A DNA stretch of 64,000 bases. It comes from Lytechinus pictus. Taxonomy: Eukaryota. The position numbers and the translations under genes are program-made. Within the stretch, counting starts at the first letter, position 1. Each line of letters starts with the position of its first letter. The DNA is taken from the NCBI RefSeq assembly GCF_037042905.1, contig NC_087251.1:28274001-28338000 (forward strand). Direction: 5' to 3'. This document shows positions 40,601 to 51,714 of the stretch, one piece after another. The notes beneath the pieces are model-generated. The model did not search any database. It was given only the letters and a program-made list of their open reading frames with translations, and was not told the DNA's origin.

Positions 40601-43600
40601 CAGAATACAATGAACCATTTTTCTCCAAATTCTCCCGTGAATACCTACCAACTTGCGTTCTGTGGTCTGCAATAATGTTAGGGGATTTATCACGATATGT
40701 CACCCAAAAAGATACAGCTTTGTATTAGAGTGTGTATAAGAAACAAATCTCGGGAATACCCCCGAATTATAGGTCATGCTGAGCAGCATTACAATCTTGA
40801 AAATAAGAATTAAAAAAAAGTGCAAGTAACCGGAATTACCAGATTATCTTTTTGTCCATAGACTGTAGTGCTATTTTTAGGGACAAAGGGTAAGCTAATA
40901 AAATGGTGATATTCATGCACTAATATCTTGACAATGAATTCAACAATTGGCTTAAAATTTCATACGATTCCTGTTTGGCCTTCAGGTGTGATATCATTAC
41001 AACATTAGCTGGAAGATTAACTTATTCTTAAGATCCTGAAGGAAGGAAAAAAAATCACTTTAACATGAAATACTCGTTAGCCCTGCCTAGGTCCCATTCC
41101 TCGTTTCGTTCAAATTTGTTAAAATTTTGTAGACAAGTGTCTGTGATCCATTATTGACCCCCTTACATTTCATTGTCTAAAATCACTCCTATGTGACCAT
41201 CCATCCACTATTTTGTCCATCTGAAAGCTCCATATACATTGTATTATTTCAGCCTCCATATTCTCATTATCCTTGATGCTACATACTTTGAACAATATCA
41301 ATTAAATAGTTTATGAGTTGGCCTTTCATATGCATCCAACAACTTTTTATATAAAAACTGTCTTCATGCTTGTATTCGAAATTCAAATTAAAAATTCTAC
41401 TGTTTTGAATCCCCAAATCAAGACTAAAAACTTGTAAAATGGCATAACATTCTTACCTCAATTCCATTTTGTTCCATTTTCAGAGCATGTCTGCATCTTT
41501 CATGCATCAGTAACCATAAATTTTTTTTGGAGTTATTTCAAAATTAGTGTGTAGGTTTTATTGGGATGCAGTGTATGTAAATTGAGGCTATTTCCTATTC
41601 CAAATACCTTTAAAAATTTGGAGAGACATTCTTCAAATTGTCACAGCATTCTTTGTTTTGTAAAATAGTTAAGGTAAAGATGCCATTTTGTCTAATAGTA
41701 TATAATTTGTCATCCAACCCTTTTGTTTTTTCTAATCTACTCAAATTTCTGAGGTACATTTTGTCATTACCTTGGCAATGTCTCCTGCTTCATTGATCCA
41801 ATCAATGATTGTAGTTTTAGTTAGGCTCTCTAATGTTTAGTTTAATTTTATTTTACAGCCATCGGTAGTATTACCGTCGGTTTACCGCCCAAAGAGGAAG
41901 AGAAGAACATGTACCGGTACACCAAGCAGACCACCCAATAAAAAGGCTGGTAAGTCTACCACAAAAACGGTGATCTGTTTGGTCAGACCATCGTTTGTTG
42001 GTGGCAAAACCACAGTCCCATCCGCCAATGAACTTGGGTACTTGCATGGAAAGGGGCTTGTGAGTGCAATCAATGTTTCAAAGTCCCTCAGTGATGTTGA
42101 CATGCAGGAGGGAATTTCCTCCTGCTTTCAAGAGATGTTTGAGGAGAAGCTGGATTTCAAAATTTTTGAAGGTATGTGAAATTTCATAATTCAAATTTCT
42201 GAGGTACATTTTGTCATTACCTTGGCAATGTCTCCTGCTTCATTGTTCCTGTCAATGATTGGAGTTTTAGTTAGGCTCTCTAATTTTTAGTTTAATTTTA
42301 TTTTTCAGCCATCGGTAGTTTTACCTTCTGTATATAGGACAGTTTGGAAGAGGAGTACATCTGCACCAAGCAGACCACCAAAAAAAGGCTGGTAAGTCCA
42401 CAACAAAAATGGTGGTCTGTTTGGTCAGACCATCGTTTGTTGGTGGCAAAACCACAGTCCCATCCGCCAATGAGCTTGGGTACTTAAATGGAAAGGGGCT
42501 GGTGAGTGCGATAAATGTTTCAAAGTCCCTCAGTGATGTTGACATGCAGGAGGGAATTTCCTCCTGCTTTCAGGAGATGTTTGAGAAGCTGGATTTCAAA
42601 TTTTTGAAGGTATGTGAAATTTCATAATTCAAATTTCTGAGGTACATTTTGTCATTACCTTGGCAATGTTTCCTGCTTCATTGTACCAATCAATGATTGT
42701 AGTTTTAGTTAGGCCCTCTAATTTTTAGTTTAATTTTATTTTTCAGCCATCGGTAGTTTTACCTTCTGTATATAGGACGGCTTCGAAGAGGAAGAGGAAT
42801 ACATCTGCACCAAGCAGACCACCAAAAAAAAAGGCTGGTAAGGCCACAACAAAAACGCTGGTCTGCTTGGTCAGACCATCGTTTGTTGGTGGCAAAACCA
42901 GTCCCATCCGCCAATGAGCTTGGGTACTTGCATGGAAAGGGGCTGGAGAGTGCAATCAATGTTTCAAAGTCCCTCAGTGCTGTTGACATGCCGGAGGAAA
43001 TTTCCTCCTGCTTTCAAGAGATGTTTGAGGAGAAGCTGGATTTCAAATTTTTGAAGGTATGTGAAATTTCATAATTCAAATTTCTGAGGTACATTTTGTC
43101 ATTACCTTGGCAATGTTTCCTGCTTCATTGTTCCAATCAATGATTGTAGTTTTAGTTAGGCCCTCTAATTTTTTTAGTTTAATTTTATTTTTCAGCCATC
43201 GGTAGTTTTACCTTCTGTATATAGGACGGCTTTGAAGAGGAAGAGTACATCTGCACCAAGCAGACCACCAAAAAGAAAGGCTGGTAAGGCCACAACAAAA
43301 ACGGTATTCTGTTTGGTCAGACCATCGTTTGCTGGTGCAAAACCGGCGTACCATCAGCAAATGAGCTTGGATACCTGGATGGGAAGGGGCTGGTCAGTGC
43401 CATTAACTTGTCCAAGTCTCTTAGTGCTTGTGACGTGCAGGAGGAAATCTCCTCCTGATTTCAGGACCTGTTTGAACAGAATTTGATGTTCAAATTTTTA
43501 ATTTAATTACCCAGAGCACAAGAGGCAGTAGGGAGGAAACATTCCTCAGAGGACAAGAATCACACGAATACAATCAGAAGCAGGGTCCTTGCCTCTATTC

Positions 43601-43795
43601 ATGTCACATCCAACACCAAATTACAGTTTTAAGACATTAATCAACATGTCCTCATCAATGGTAAGAATCTTCAATAATGATTGAAATTTTCACCAGTAGG
43701 AAAGGCATTTCATGGAATCATGGATACAAATTCAATACAAGAGTTCTTCAAGTATTCTTCTTATCTTTGTATATTTCTCTCTCACCCGTGTGATG
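37312..43795 (+). repeat. Local tandem segmental duplication with nested shorter tandem units
   Basis: 37312-39735 is nearly identical to 40477-43795. A ~440-bp unit occurs 2x in the first copy and 4x in the second. A ~380-bp unit recurs at ~36795, 39541, 39921, 40297 and 43600. Confidence 0.92.
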
Positions 43796-44825
43796 GTGCT
43801 ATATCTAAAGGATAGATTTTGGCCAGCTTAACCAACATTGACGCTTCAATCTGGAGACAGATTCCAGCTTATTCAGGTTGATGGTTCAAGGGGAGAGGTT
43901 ACTACTGTTAGAACAAATGACCTAGTGCGGATAAGAGTGGAGTAGAAGACTCCTTTACAGCATGTCTGGATAATGACTGATGTGAAGAACCAATTAGTCC
44001 ACTGTGGAGAATCATGCCAACATCATATTTAAGGTGCTGCAGCACTTTACTTCCACATAGATCATATCATTAGTTATGTTGGAATGCTTCCTGATTCTAT
44101 TCTTCTGCTCACAGTGGGTGGTAAAGAGAAATGCAGCAAAAATGGAGAAACAAGCAGAATTGAAGGCCCTGGGAATTTCCTGTAAATTCTTAACCAAACC
44201 CTTGTTGCATCTTATTACAGCTGCAGAAAATATCCTTGACCTGAACAAAGCTCTTCACATCATTCAATTAAAACTCTAGGCACGTTACTAGGCCTCTCTA
44301 CTTCGAGGAGAGCCTGTCATTCCTGATGTCTTCTTGATCAAGGAGCTAGCAACAACAGCTAGTGGAGGAATTATGGGAGCTTATTGAAAAAGATTACAAG
44401 GGGCCTGTAAAAAATGCATTCAGGTACATTATAATAAGAAACACTTCCCTGTTGGCAGAACAACTGCATGGCCTATAGCTCATGATGTTTGGGAGGAATA
44501 GGATCCTCCCCAGATACCTCAAGTTCTAGCTGCTGAATATCTGCAGAAGGTAAAGCAAGGATTTGTTGCTTTAAGGATTCCCCATGCTAATGGAACTATT
44601 GATAATTCACATATTCCAAACTGGTGGACAATAAATATGATGATTTCAACAGGAAAGGCTTTTTCTCTATTTAATAATGCATGCACAAATCAATCAATGA
44701 TAGAATTATCACTTTTTTTTAAGTTTTGAAAATTCCTAATTAATATCAAGCTCTCACGTATATATTTTGCAATTATGTTTCCAATCCATCACCTCATCCC
44801 TAATTGTTTTAATTCATACCAACAG

Positions 44826-45393
44826 GTCATCAGTGTAAGCATAAGCTATATCAAATGGCTTTGCCAAGAGATGTCCAGAACCAGAGCTATGTATGGTCAA
44901 CTGATCCGCAACTATAACAAGGTGGCACAACTGGCTTTCGCATTGCAGATGTACGAGATAAATGAGCAGTTCCCATGATATCATCTACACAGACGAAAGT
45001 ACATTCTGGGTGGAGAACAATGCTCGCTATTATCATGGGAGAGTCGGTACAGCCAACAAGAAGGTGGGGAAGCCTAAACACCCCTACAAGGTGCCCGTTT
45101 GGGGTGGCGTTTCAAGAAAACGAACCACTCGTCTGGCCATCTTTGACGGTACTATGCGTAAAGAGTTCTTCACCGATGAATTGCTACAGCAGCACCTGCT
45201 GCTCCCCTTCATCCGTGAGGCTTATCCCGAAGGTTGCAGACTGATGATGGACAATGATCCCAAGCACAGCAGTCAGTACGCTATGGAGTTCATGAGGGAG
45301 AACAACATCAATCAGTGGCGCAACCCAGCAGAGAGTCCTGATGCAAACCTGATAGAACACATCTGGGGAAACATGAAAGTCTACAAAAGGAGA
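44826..45393 (+). pseudogene. Tc1-family (DD34E) transposase fragment, frameshifted
   Basis: YGQLIRNYNK...IIYTDES...KPKHPYKVPVWGG...MDNDPKH...SPDANLIEHIW; 34 residues between the second D and E; frameshift near 44975; no TIRs seen. Confidence 0.9.
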
Positions 45394-46899
45394 GTGAGTA
45401 TTTACTCATTGATATTATGAAATCAAGATAACTTCAAATTTTGTACACACGGAACTTAAATACACTCACAAAGTCACAATAAAGCCTAAAGTGATCTTAT
45501 GAACAACTAGATATTTATAATTCAATAAGATGCATTGCTTCACTAAACCATACTGTCGGCCATAAATATATGCGAACTGGTGAACTGATGATTGTTTTAC
45601 TTTGGAAGTTCATTTAATTCATACAATCGCTCTGGTATTGAAATGAGTTACATTTAATACACTTAGTCAATTATTTCTATATTCTTAAAGCAGTTGCATA
45701 TTGAAATTACTGTTACTCCATATAAGATGTGGGTATGGGGAAACAAATGTGTTCACGAAATTACTTCACATACATGGAACTGTTTCACAGAATTATTGCA
45801 TCACAAGTAATGCGGGGTCATGCTGGTGAAATCGATTATGTTATCATGATGTACAATTCTCACCGGTAGGTTTGTTAGAATCATTCATTGGTATGACAGT
45901 AGCATTATTATAAGTGTAATATGGATCATTGCTTCTTCGTAGAACCACACACCATCGATTTGGTTCACAAACGTTTTTATTTTTCTTGGTCCTTTCAATT
46001 TAATACATGTAGCATGACAAGCCAAGGACGAAAGACCAGCTGATAGCAGGTCTCAAGTACTGCAGGACAACACCACCGACACGTGAGCAAATTGAACGGC
46101 ACCTCAACAATGTCTACCACATCTAAGCGAAAATTATTAATAAAGAGTAGACAGGACAACGTATTAGCAAATCGATCAAGTCTACATGTACTTGCAGTAC
46201 TTTCCTTCAAATTGAAAAAAACATTTTAGCAGTGTTGTGTGGGGGGTCCATTCAATTTCAATACTCGAATGCGTTGTAATTGAAGATGGTTCTCTTTATT
46301 TCATTTTCTCCTTCGTTCTCTCTTCTTTCCTCTTAACATCATATCTGTTTTATTTTGTTGAAAGATCAAATGCTAGGAAGTGAGAACGAGCGGCGGATGG
46401 GAGTGGGGTAGGTAATACGTTTATGTCAAGCAACTTTACAAATTTATCAATCGGTATTAAAATGCCCGCATAAGCTAAAACATGGTTCAATTCACTATAC
46501 AACGACACACCAGTGATGATTTTCCAGACCAAATGCAATTTATGCGGTTATTTTGCAGGAAATCGGGTTGTCCAATATTTTTTTATATTGTGTTTTAACT
46601 ATTGCAATAGCCTGAACATTGAGGAACATTAATTAGTAGTAGTTTGGAAATACCAATTTCTTATAGAGATATTTGTTCACATTTTTAAATGAAATATGTA
46701 TCGGAAACATCACTTTGGCTTTTATTGTAAACTGACCAACACACTAACTACACCTGATATTAAAGGGACTTCTGATATCTAAGGTACTTCTGATATATTA
46801 ACTGTCAAACCAAGGGTAATGAGAGACAAAAGAGTCAGATATTTCTTCACCAGGCTGCTATTGGTAAAGTAATGTATACTCAAAGTAGTAATAGAAACC

Positions 46900-47440
46900 A
46901 ATATTCCAATCTCATCTCCAGAAACCAAATAATAGACAGAATTTGACAGATGAAGTTGAGAGTGAGATGGAGTGGCATAAAATGGAAAGAAAAAAGAGAA
47001 TAGCTAGAACAAGAATAAATGATGACAAAAGGAAGTGTTGAAAACAAAGAAGGGCCACATTCAGACCACATAAGAAGTAAGGAGCAGAATGAAATCAGAA
47101 ATGAGAAAAAGTCAATAGCAGTAGTAATAAGAAGTGTTGGTAAACAAACTTGCATAGGCCAAATTAACCCAACAAGTCTTATCAAAGAAATTCATTCGAG
47201 GTATGGTGAAGTGAGTGAAATTGTGAATGAAAGAAAAAAGGTAGCCCGAAATTACCTTGTATAAGCAAAATACAAATGGAAATGATTTTAAGAATGTCAT
47301 AACTAGCTCAGACTCCTGTTAAGGTCACAAAATATCTGCCGAAACCAACTCAAATACGTGATATCAATCAAAGAGTTGACAAACTAATTAAGAATGAAGA
47401 ACTCACTGAACTGATTAAAAGGCTATCGCCACGCTGAAAT
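46900..47440 (+). pseudogene. Possible I/Nimb-clade LINE ORF1 (gag-like) fragment
   Basis: IAVVIRSVGKQTCIGQINPTSLIKEIHSRYGEV; A-rich coding strand with stops. Confidence 0.4.
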
Positions 47441-48139
47441 GATTGATACACATCTGAAAAAAAATCACACAGACACACACAAGGAAAATTACATCATTTT
47501 GAGAGCGAGGGTGATTTGTTTTAATTATCAAACTCAGCTTCTCAAGCTATTGTATTATTTTGATTGTTTTGGTTGATGATATGGATCGTTTCTTAGTTTG
47601 ACAGCGTCAAAGTACATCTCAACAGCCTTCTGCTTCGACCTCTACTTAAAAAAAAAAGGTGTTCAGGGAAAAGACAATTCTGCATTGGAAAAAGGACTGG
47701 ATCTTGTGTGAAATGGCTGATAGCCTATTGATCCACTGCATAACATGCAGAACTTCAGGTGCGGTCACTACAACCGCTCGAGGGGCTGCGCAGACAGACC
47801 CGTTCCACCTACATGTATCATGACAATTTTTGGGGAAAGGGATGCTTCAACAGATGCATGTGTTCTCTTGGTTTTGTTTGCCAGAAATAATGTTGAAGTC
47901 TAAAAATAACCATGACTTCTGGAGAAACAACTCATTGTGTAATTAAAAATGATCAGCCCTACCTTTACAAAACTTGTATTTGATTATTCAATATTTCGGT
48001 TTTTTTTTCAAAATGTTCATCTGCAGGGAAAAGTCCTTCAGACCCAAATATATGCAAATAAGTGTAATACAGGCAAGAGTTCCTCTCCGAAACAGTGACA
48101 CCTGCCATCAAAGAGGACATTGTCTCTATTATTTCTATA

Positions 48140-48460
48140 TCCCCTAAAGATTGGGAATGCTGCCACTAGAAATCTGCCGTCTGAGGCAATATTGTATGCT
48201 GGAGCAAGTCTAACCAAGGTCTTACATGTACTCCACCATATGAATCTGAAGGCGATCACCAATAACACCTTTCTGGAGTACCAGTCAACCTACCAACAAC
48301 CTGCCATCATAAGGGTCTACGAATGAGAACAAAGGTCTCTCCTCAGACAGTCAGAAGGAGAAAAGTTGGTCTTGGGAGGAGATGCAGATTCACCAAGGCA
48401 CTCAGCCAAATATGGAAGCTATGCCCTGATGGAAATGAAAATGAAGGCCATCAATGCGCA
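48140..48460 (+). pseudogene. DDE transposase fragment of the GDGRxDSPGHSAKY class (probably Kolobok)
   Basis: GNAATRNLPSEAILYAGASLTKVLHVLHHMNL...QPAII...LVLGGDADSPRHSAKYGSYALME, with a stop and a frameshift. Confidence 0.65.
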
Positions 48461-49004
48461 GCTTGTATGGCGGGCCATTGGTGCCATTATTATACAAAGT
48501 TGTATAGTTTTAACCAATCAGAACGTGAAAAACCATACAGGTATGGCCGGCCAACAGATTTCGCCATATAGACGTAAGGTTGTATAGAATATACCAGTCT
48601 ACCACCTGATAAAGAGGTCCAAAGAGAAGGTGAAACTGACAACAGCAACAACAATGGCAACGATAGTGTCGAGAGGAATGACCCTGACGATGACTTCCAG
48701 ACTCAATCCAAAGATGCAGAACTGCTCTCCAGCATGCCTCTGGGATCAATGGACTGGATGATGCTGTAGACCATCTTTTTCAATCATTGAGAAGAACAAG
48801 AATAAATATATGTCAATGTTTAGAGGATCAAATGATTAAGTCATGCTATACTATCATAGGATAACCTACTAGACAACTGTAGATTCTGTAAAGGATCCAT
48901 GCGAGAAGAGAGCAAATATGCCAGGTATGACCAATTTCTACATCGCTGTGCAGTTATCAGATTGAGACCTTAGTGAATCCTGTCCACTTATAACAAATCT
49001 ATTC

Positions 49005-50350
49005 ACAGGAAGAGGAATATCACAGACATCTCAAAGCTCAAGAACTGTTAAGTGACCCACATGTGGAAGGAGTCAATGGTGACCCATATATACTGGTCAG
49101 TTGCATCAACTCCAGATGGGAATGGCAATATGATGGTGTCAAAGTACAAGTCGGTGTTCAACCGCATCAGAGATGTACATGAAGGCTTGTTTCCTAAATG
49201 CGGCAAATTCTATTGGACCTCACCAAAACCTATATCTTACTGGGTTCATTTTATAGAACAAAACCTATATCTACTGGGTTCATTTTATAGAAGAACCTTA
49301 TTTAATTGTTCCTATTACAGTTAAACCACTGTTGCTATATGTCAATTGATGGAAATAGGGCTCAATTAAAGGCTTCAATACAGATTAACTGGATCATTTC
49401 TGTTGTGATCTTTTACTAGACAGAGACATTAGAAGTGTGTGTTTGCAATTTTTCAACCCTAATGTAGCTGACACAGCTACAAGAGGGATTTTGTGCATAA
49501 AAATCACATGTACATAGAAAATAACAGTAGATGTAATGTTAACTCAATAGGAAAATAGAAGTTTTAGATTGAAACCTTTGTGAATACTGTCCACTTGAAA
49601 CAAATCAATTTACAGGAAAAAGAAGTTCACAGCCATCTCAAAGCTCAAGAACTGTGAAGTGACCAACATGTGGAAGGAGTCAATGGTGACCTACATATAT
49701 ACTGGTCAGGTGCATCAACTCCAGATGGGAATGGCAATATGATGGTATCAAAGTACAAGTCGGTGTTCAACCGCATCAGAGATGTACATGAAGGCTTGTT
49801 TCCTAAATGTGGCAAATTCTATTGGACCTCACCAAAACAAATCTGTTTACAGGAAAAAGAATTTCACAGCCTTTACAAAGCTTAAGAACTGATATGTGAC
49901 CCATATGTGGAAAGAGTCAATGGTGACCCATATATACTGGTCAGGTGCATCAACTCCAGATGGGAATGGCGATATGATCAGGGGTATCAAAGTATAAGTC
50001 AGTGTTCAACCACATCAGAGATGTACAAGTACATGAAGGCTGTTTTTTCCAAAATGTGGCTAATTCCATTAGCCCTCACTCAAACCAATACCTACTTGGT
50101 TCAAAATTATCTTGGTTCATTGTAAAGATGAATCTTATTCATTTGCTTCTTTTACAGTTAAACCGCCATTGCTTTGCGCCTGTTGTTGGACATACGGCTC
50201 AATTAAAGGCATCAATACAGATTAATTGGATCGTTTCTGCGTCAAACCTGGATGGGAATGGTGATATGATCGTGTCAAAGTACAAATCGGTGTTCAACCA
50301 CGTCAGAAATGTTTATGTACGTACACGAAGGCCTCTATCCTAATTTTAAT
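49005..50350 (+). repeat. Four tandem, decaying copies of a downstream exon of the same transposase class
   Basis: WKESMVTHIYWSVASTPDGNGNMMVSKYKSVFNRIRDVHEGLFPKC at ~49050, 49670, 49907 and 50245. Confidence 0.75.
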
Positions 50351-51549
50351 CCATTAGCCCTCATCAAAATGTATACCTACTTGGTTAAAAAAAATTTCCT
50401 CCCAAAGTTCCTCTTTTCTAAGCTGGTTATTTTATCACTTTTCTATAATTCCCCCAATCAGACCTATTTGGAAATGTTTGGCAGGATTCACATTATTTAA
50501 AAAGATTGATATTAATTTTGGTTTTCCACATGTAAAAAAATTCAAGCAAGTATTTATAGAAATACGTAAAGGAAAGAGAATATACTGTTCACTTGAGACA
50601 TCACTTATTTCTTCTTTTTTTTGTGCAGGACAAATCTTGAGCAAGCTGTAAACTTTTCTAAGTTTTGTTTAGAATAAAGTCTTTCATTTACAGGTTTTTT
50701 TTTAAACTAGTGTACTACACAAAACCATACCATACAAACTCTGATTACTATTCTCGTTATTATATTATATATTATTTGTTTTTCATAGGATTTTTGTGGT
50801 GACTTTCTGTCAGAATTCTCGGCCTTCATGGCCAGTGACGCCAGACAAGCCTCATAGGACCAGCCAGGAAGTTCACCATCATTTGATGATGAGCATGATT
50901 GAAAACGGTCTCCTGCTCAATGTCTTGGAAAGAAGAGGATGCATTTATGTTACCTGTTATAGTACTCATTAGCTGTATTGCATTCAGAGTACTAATCATA
51001 CGTCTACAACAGATGCCTCGCTTCTTTGCCTATTTTTCTTTTTGCACGTCTTTATCCTAGAAAAATATATATTTTAGTGTCTCTTTCAATGATGTCTGGA
51101 ATTTTACTGTAAAAGTAAAAACCAGCATAAGCCAAACCAGCACAGGCGAAAAGAAAACTGTGCATAAATATAAGGTAATCACAATTCCTCTCTCTCATCA
51201 TTCACTTTGCTAGACTAATCAGTCTAATGTAAATAAATATTTGTTTGATAAAGAAAAAAATACTCTATGCATCTCAATAACTTTGAGCTGCTAAATGAAT
51301 GAATGAATTTTTTTTTCTTTCAATTATTGCATTTTAGGGTACCATTTGAAGTGGAAACTCTGCATCCAATGAACATAAGTAATTCCTTATTCATATTGAT
51401 TTGATATTTTGTATTGTCATGTAAACATAAAATAACACAATTTTGATAGTCTAAATGACCAACATTTACAGAGTTCGCACTGTAGTTGGGTTTGTAACCT
51501 GCTTTAGTCGTCTTCCTAGGCCGTTTGTCAATCTAGTGTCACCAGGACA

Positions 51550-51714
51550 TCATGAGATGGACGAGTTGTGATAGTCTTGCTTCCATAAGAATTCCGGATG
51601 GTAGGGGGGTCCTTCTGTACAGCTCTTTGAACAGGTGTAAATCAACAGTGTCCCCCAATCAATACTTGCATCAAGGCTATCTACTTCCAAGTGGGTGAGG
51701 AGCTGGGGCATAAT
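51550..51714 (-). CDS. PDCD2: PDCD2 coding exon 4 (stop)
   Basis: cag| IMPQLLTHLEVDSLDASIDWGTLLIYTCSKSCTEGPPYHPEFLWKQDYHNSSIS*. Confidence 0.96.
   Translation of the reverse strand: MMPQLLTHLEVDSLDASIDWGTLLIYTCSKSCTEGPPYHPEFLWKQDYHNSSIS

Noticed and set aside
38570..43500. CRISPR-like array
   Set aside because: Units are ~440-bp near-identical tandem duplications without unique spacers, in a eukaryotic context with no cas genes.
44962..45420. Functional Tc1 transposase gene
   Set aside because: Frameshift upstream of the first catalytic D, no N-terminal HTH exon and no TIRs found.
35200..50400. Single Helitron or Pack-type element capturing gene fragments
   Set aside because: No Helitron hairpin/CTRR end, TIRs or TSD were found bounding the block; not fully excluded without a genome-wide search.
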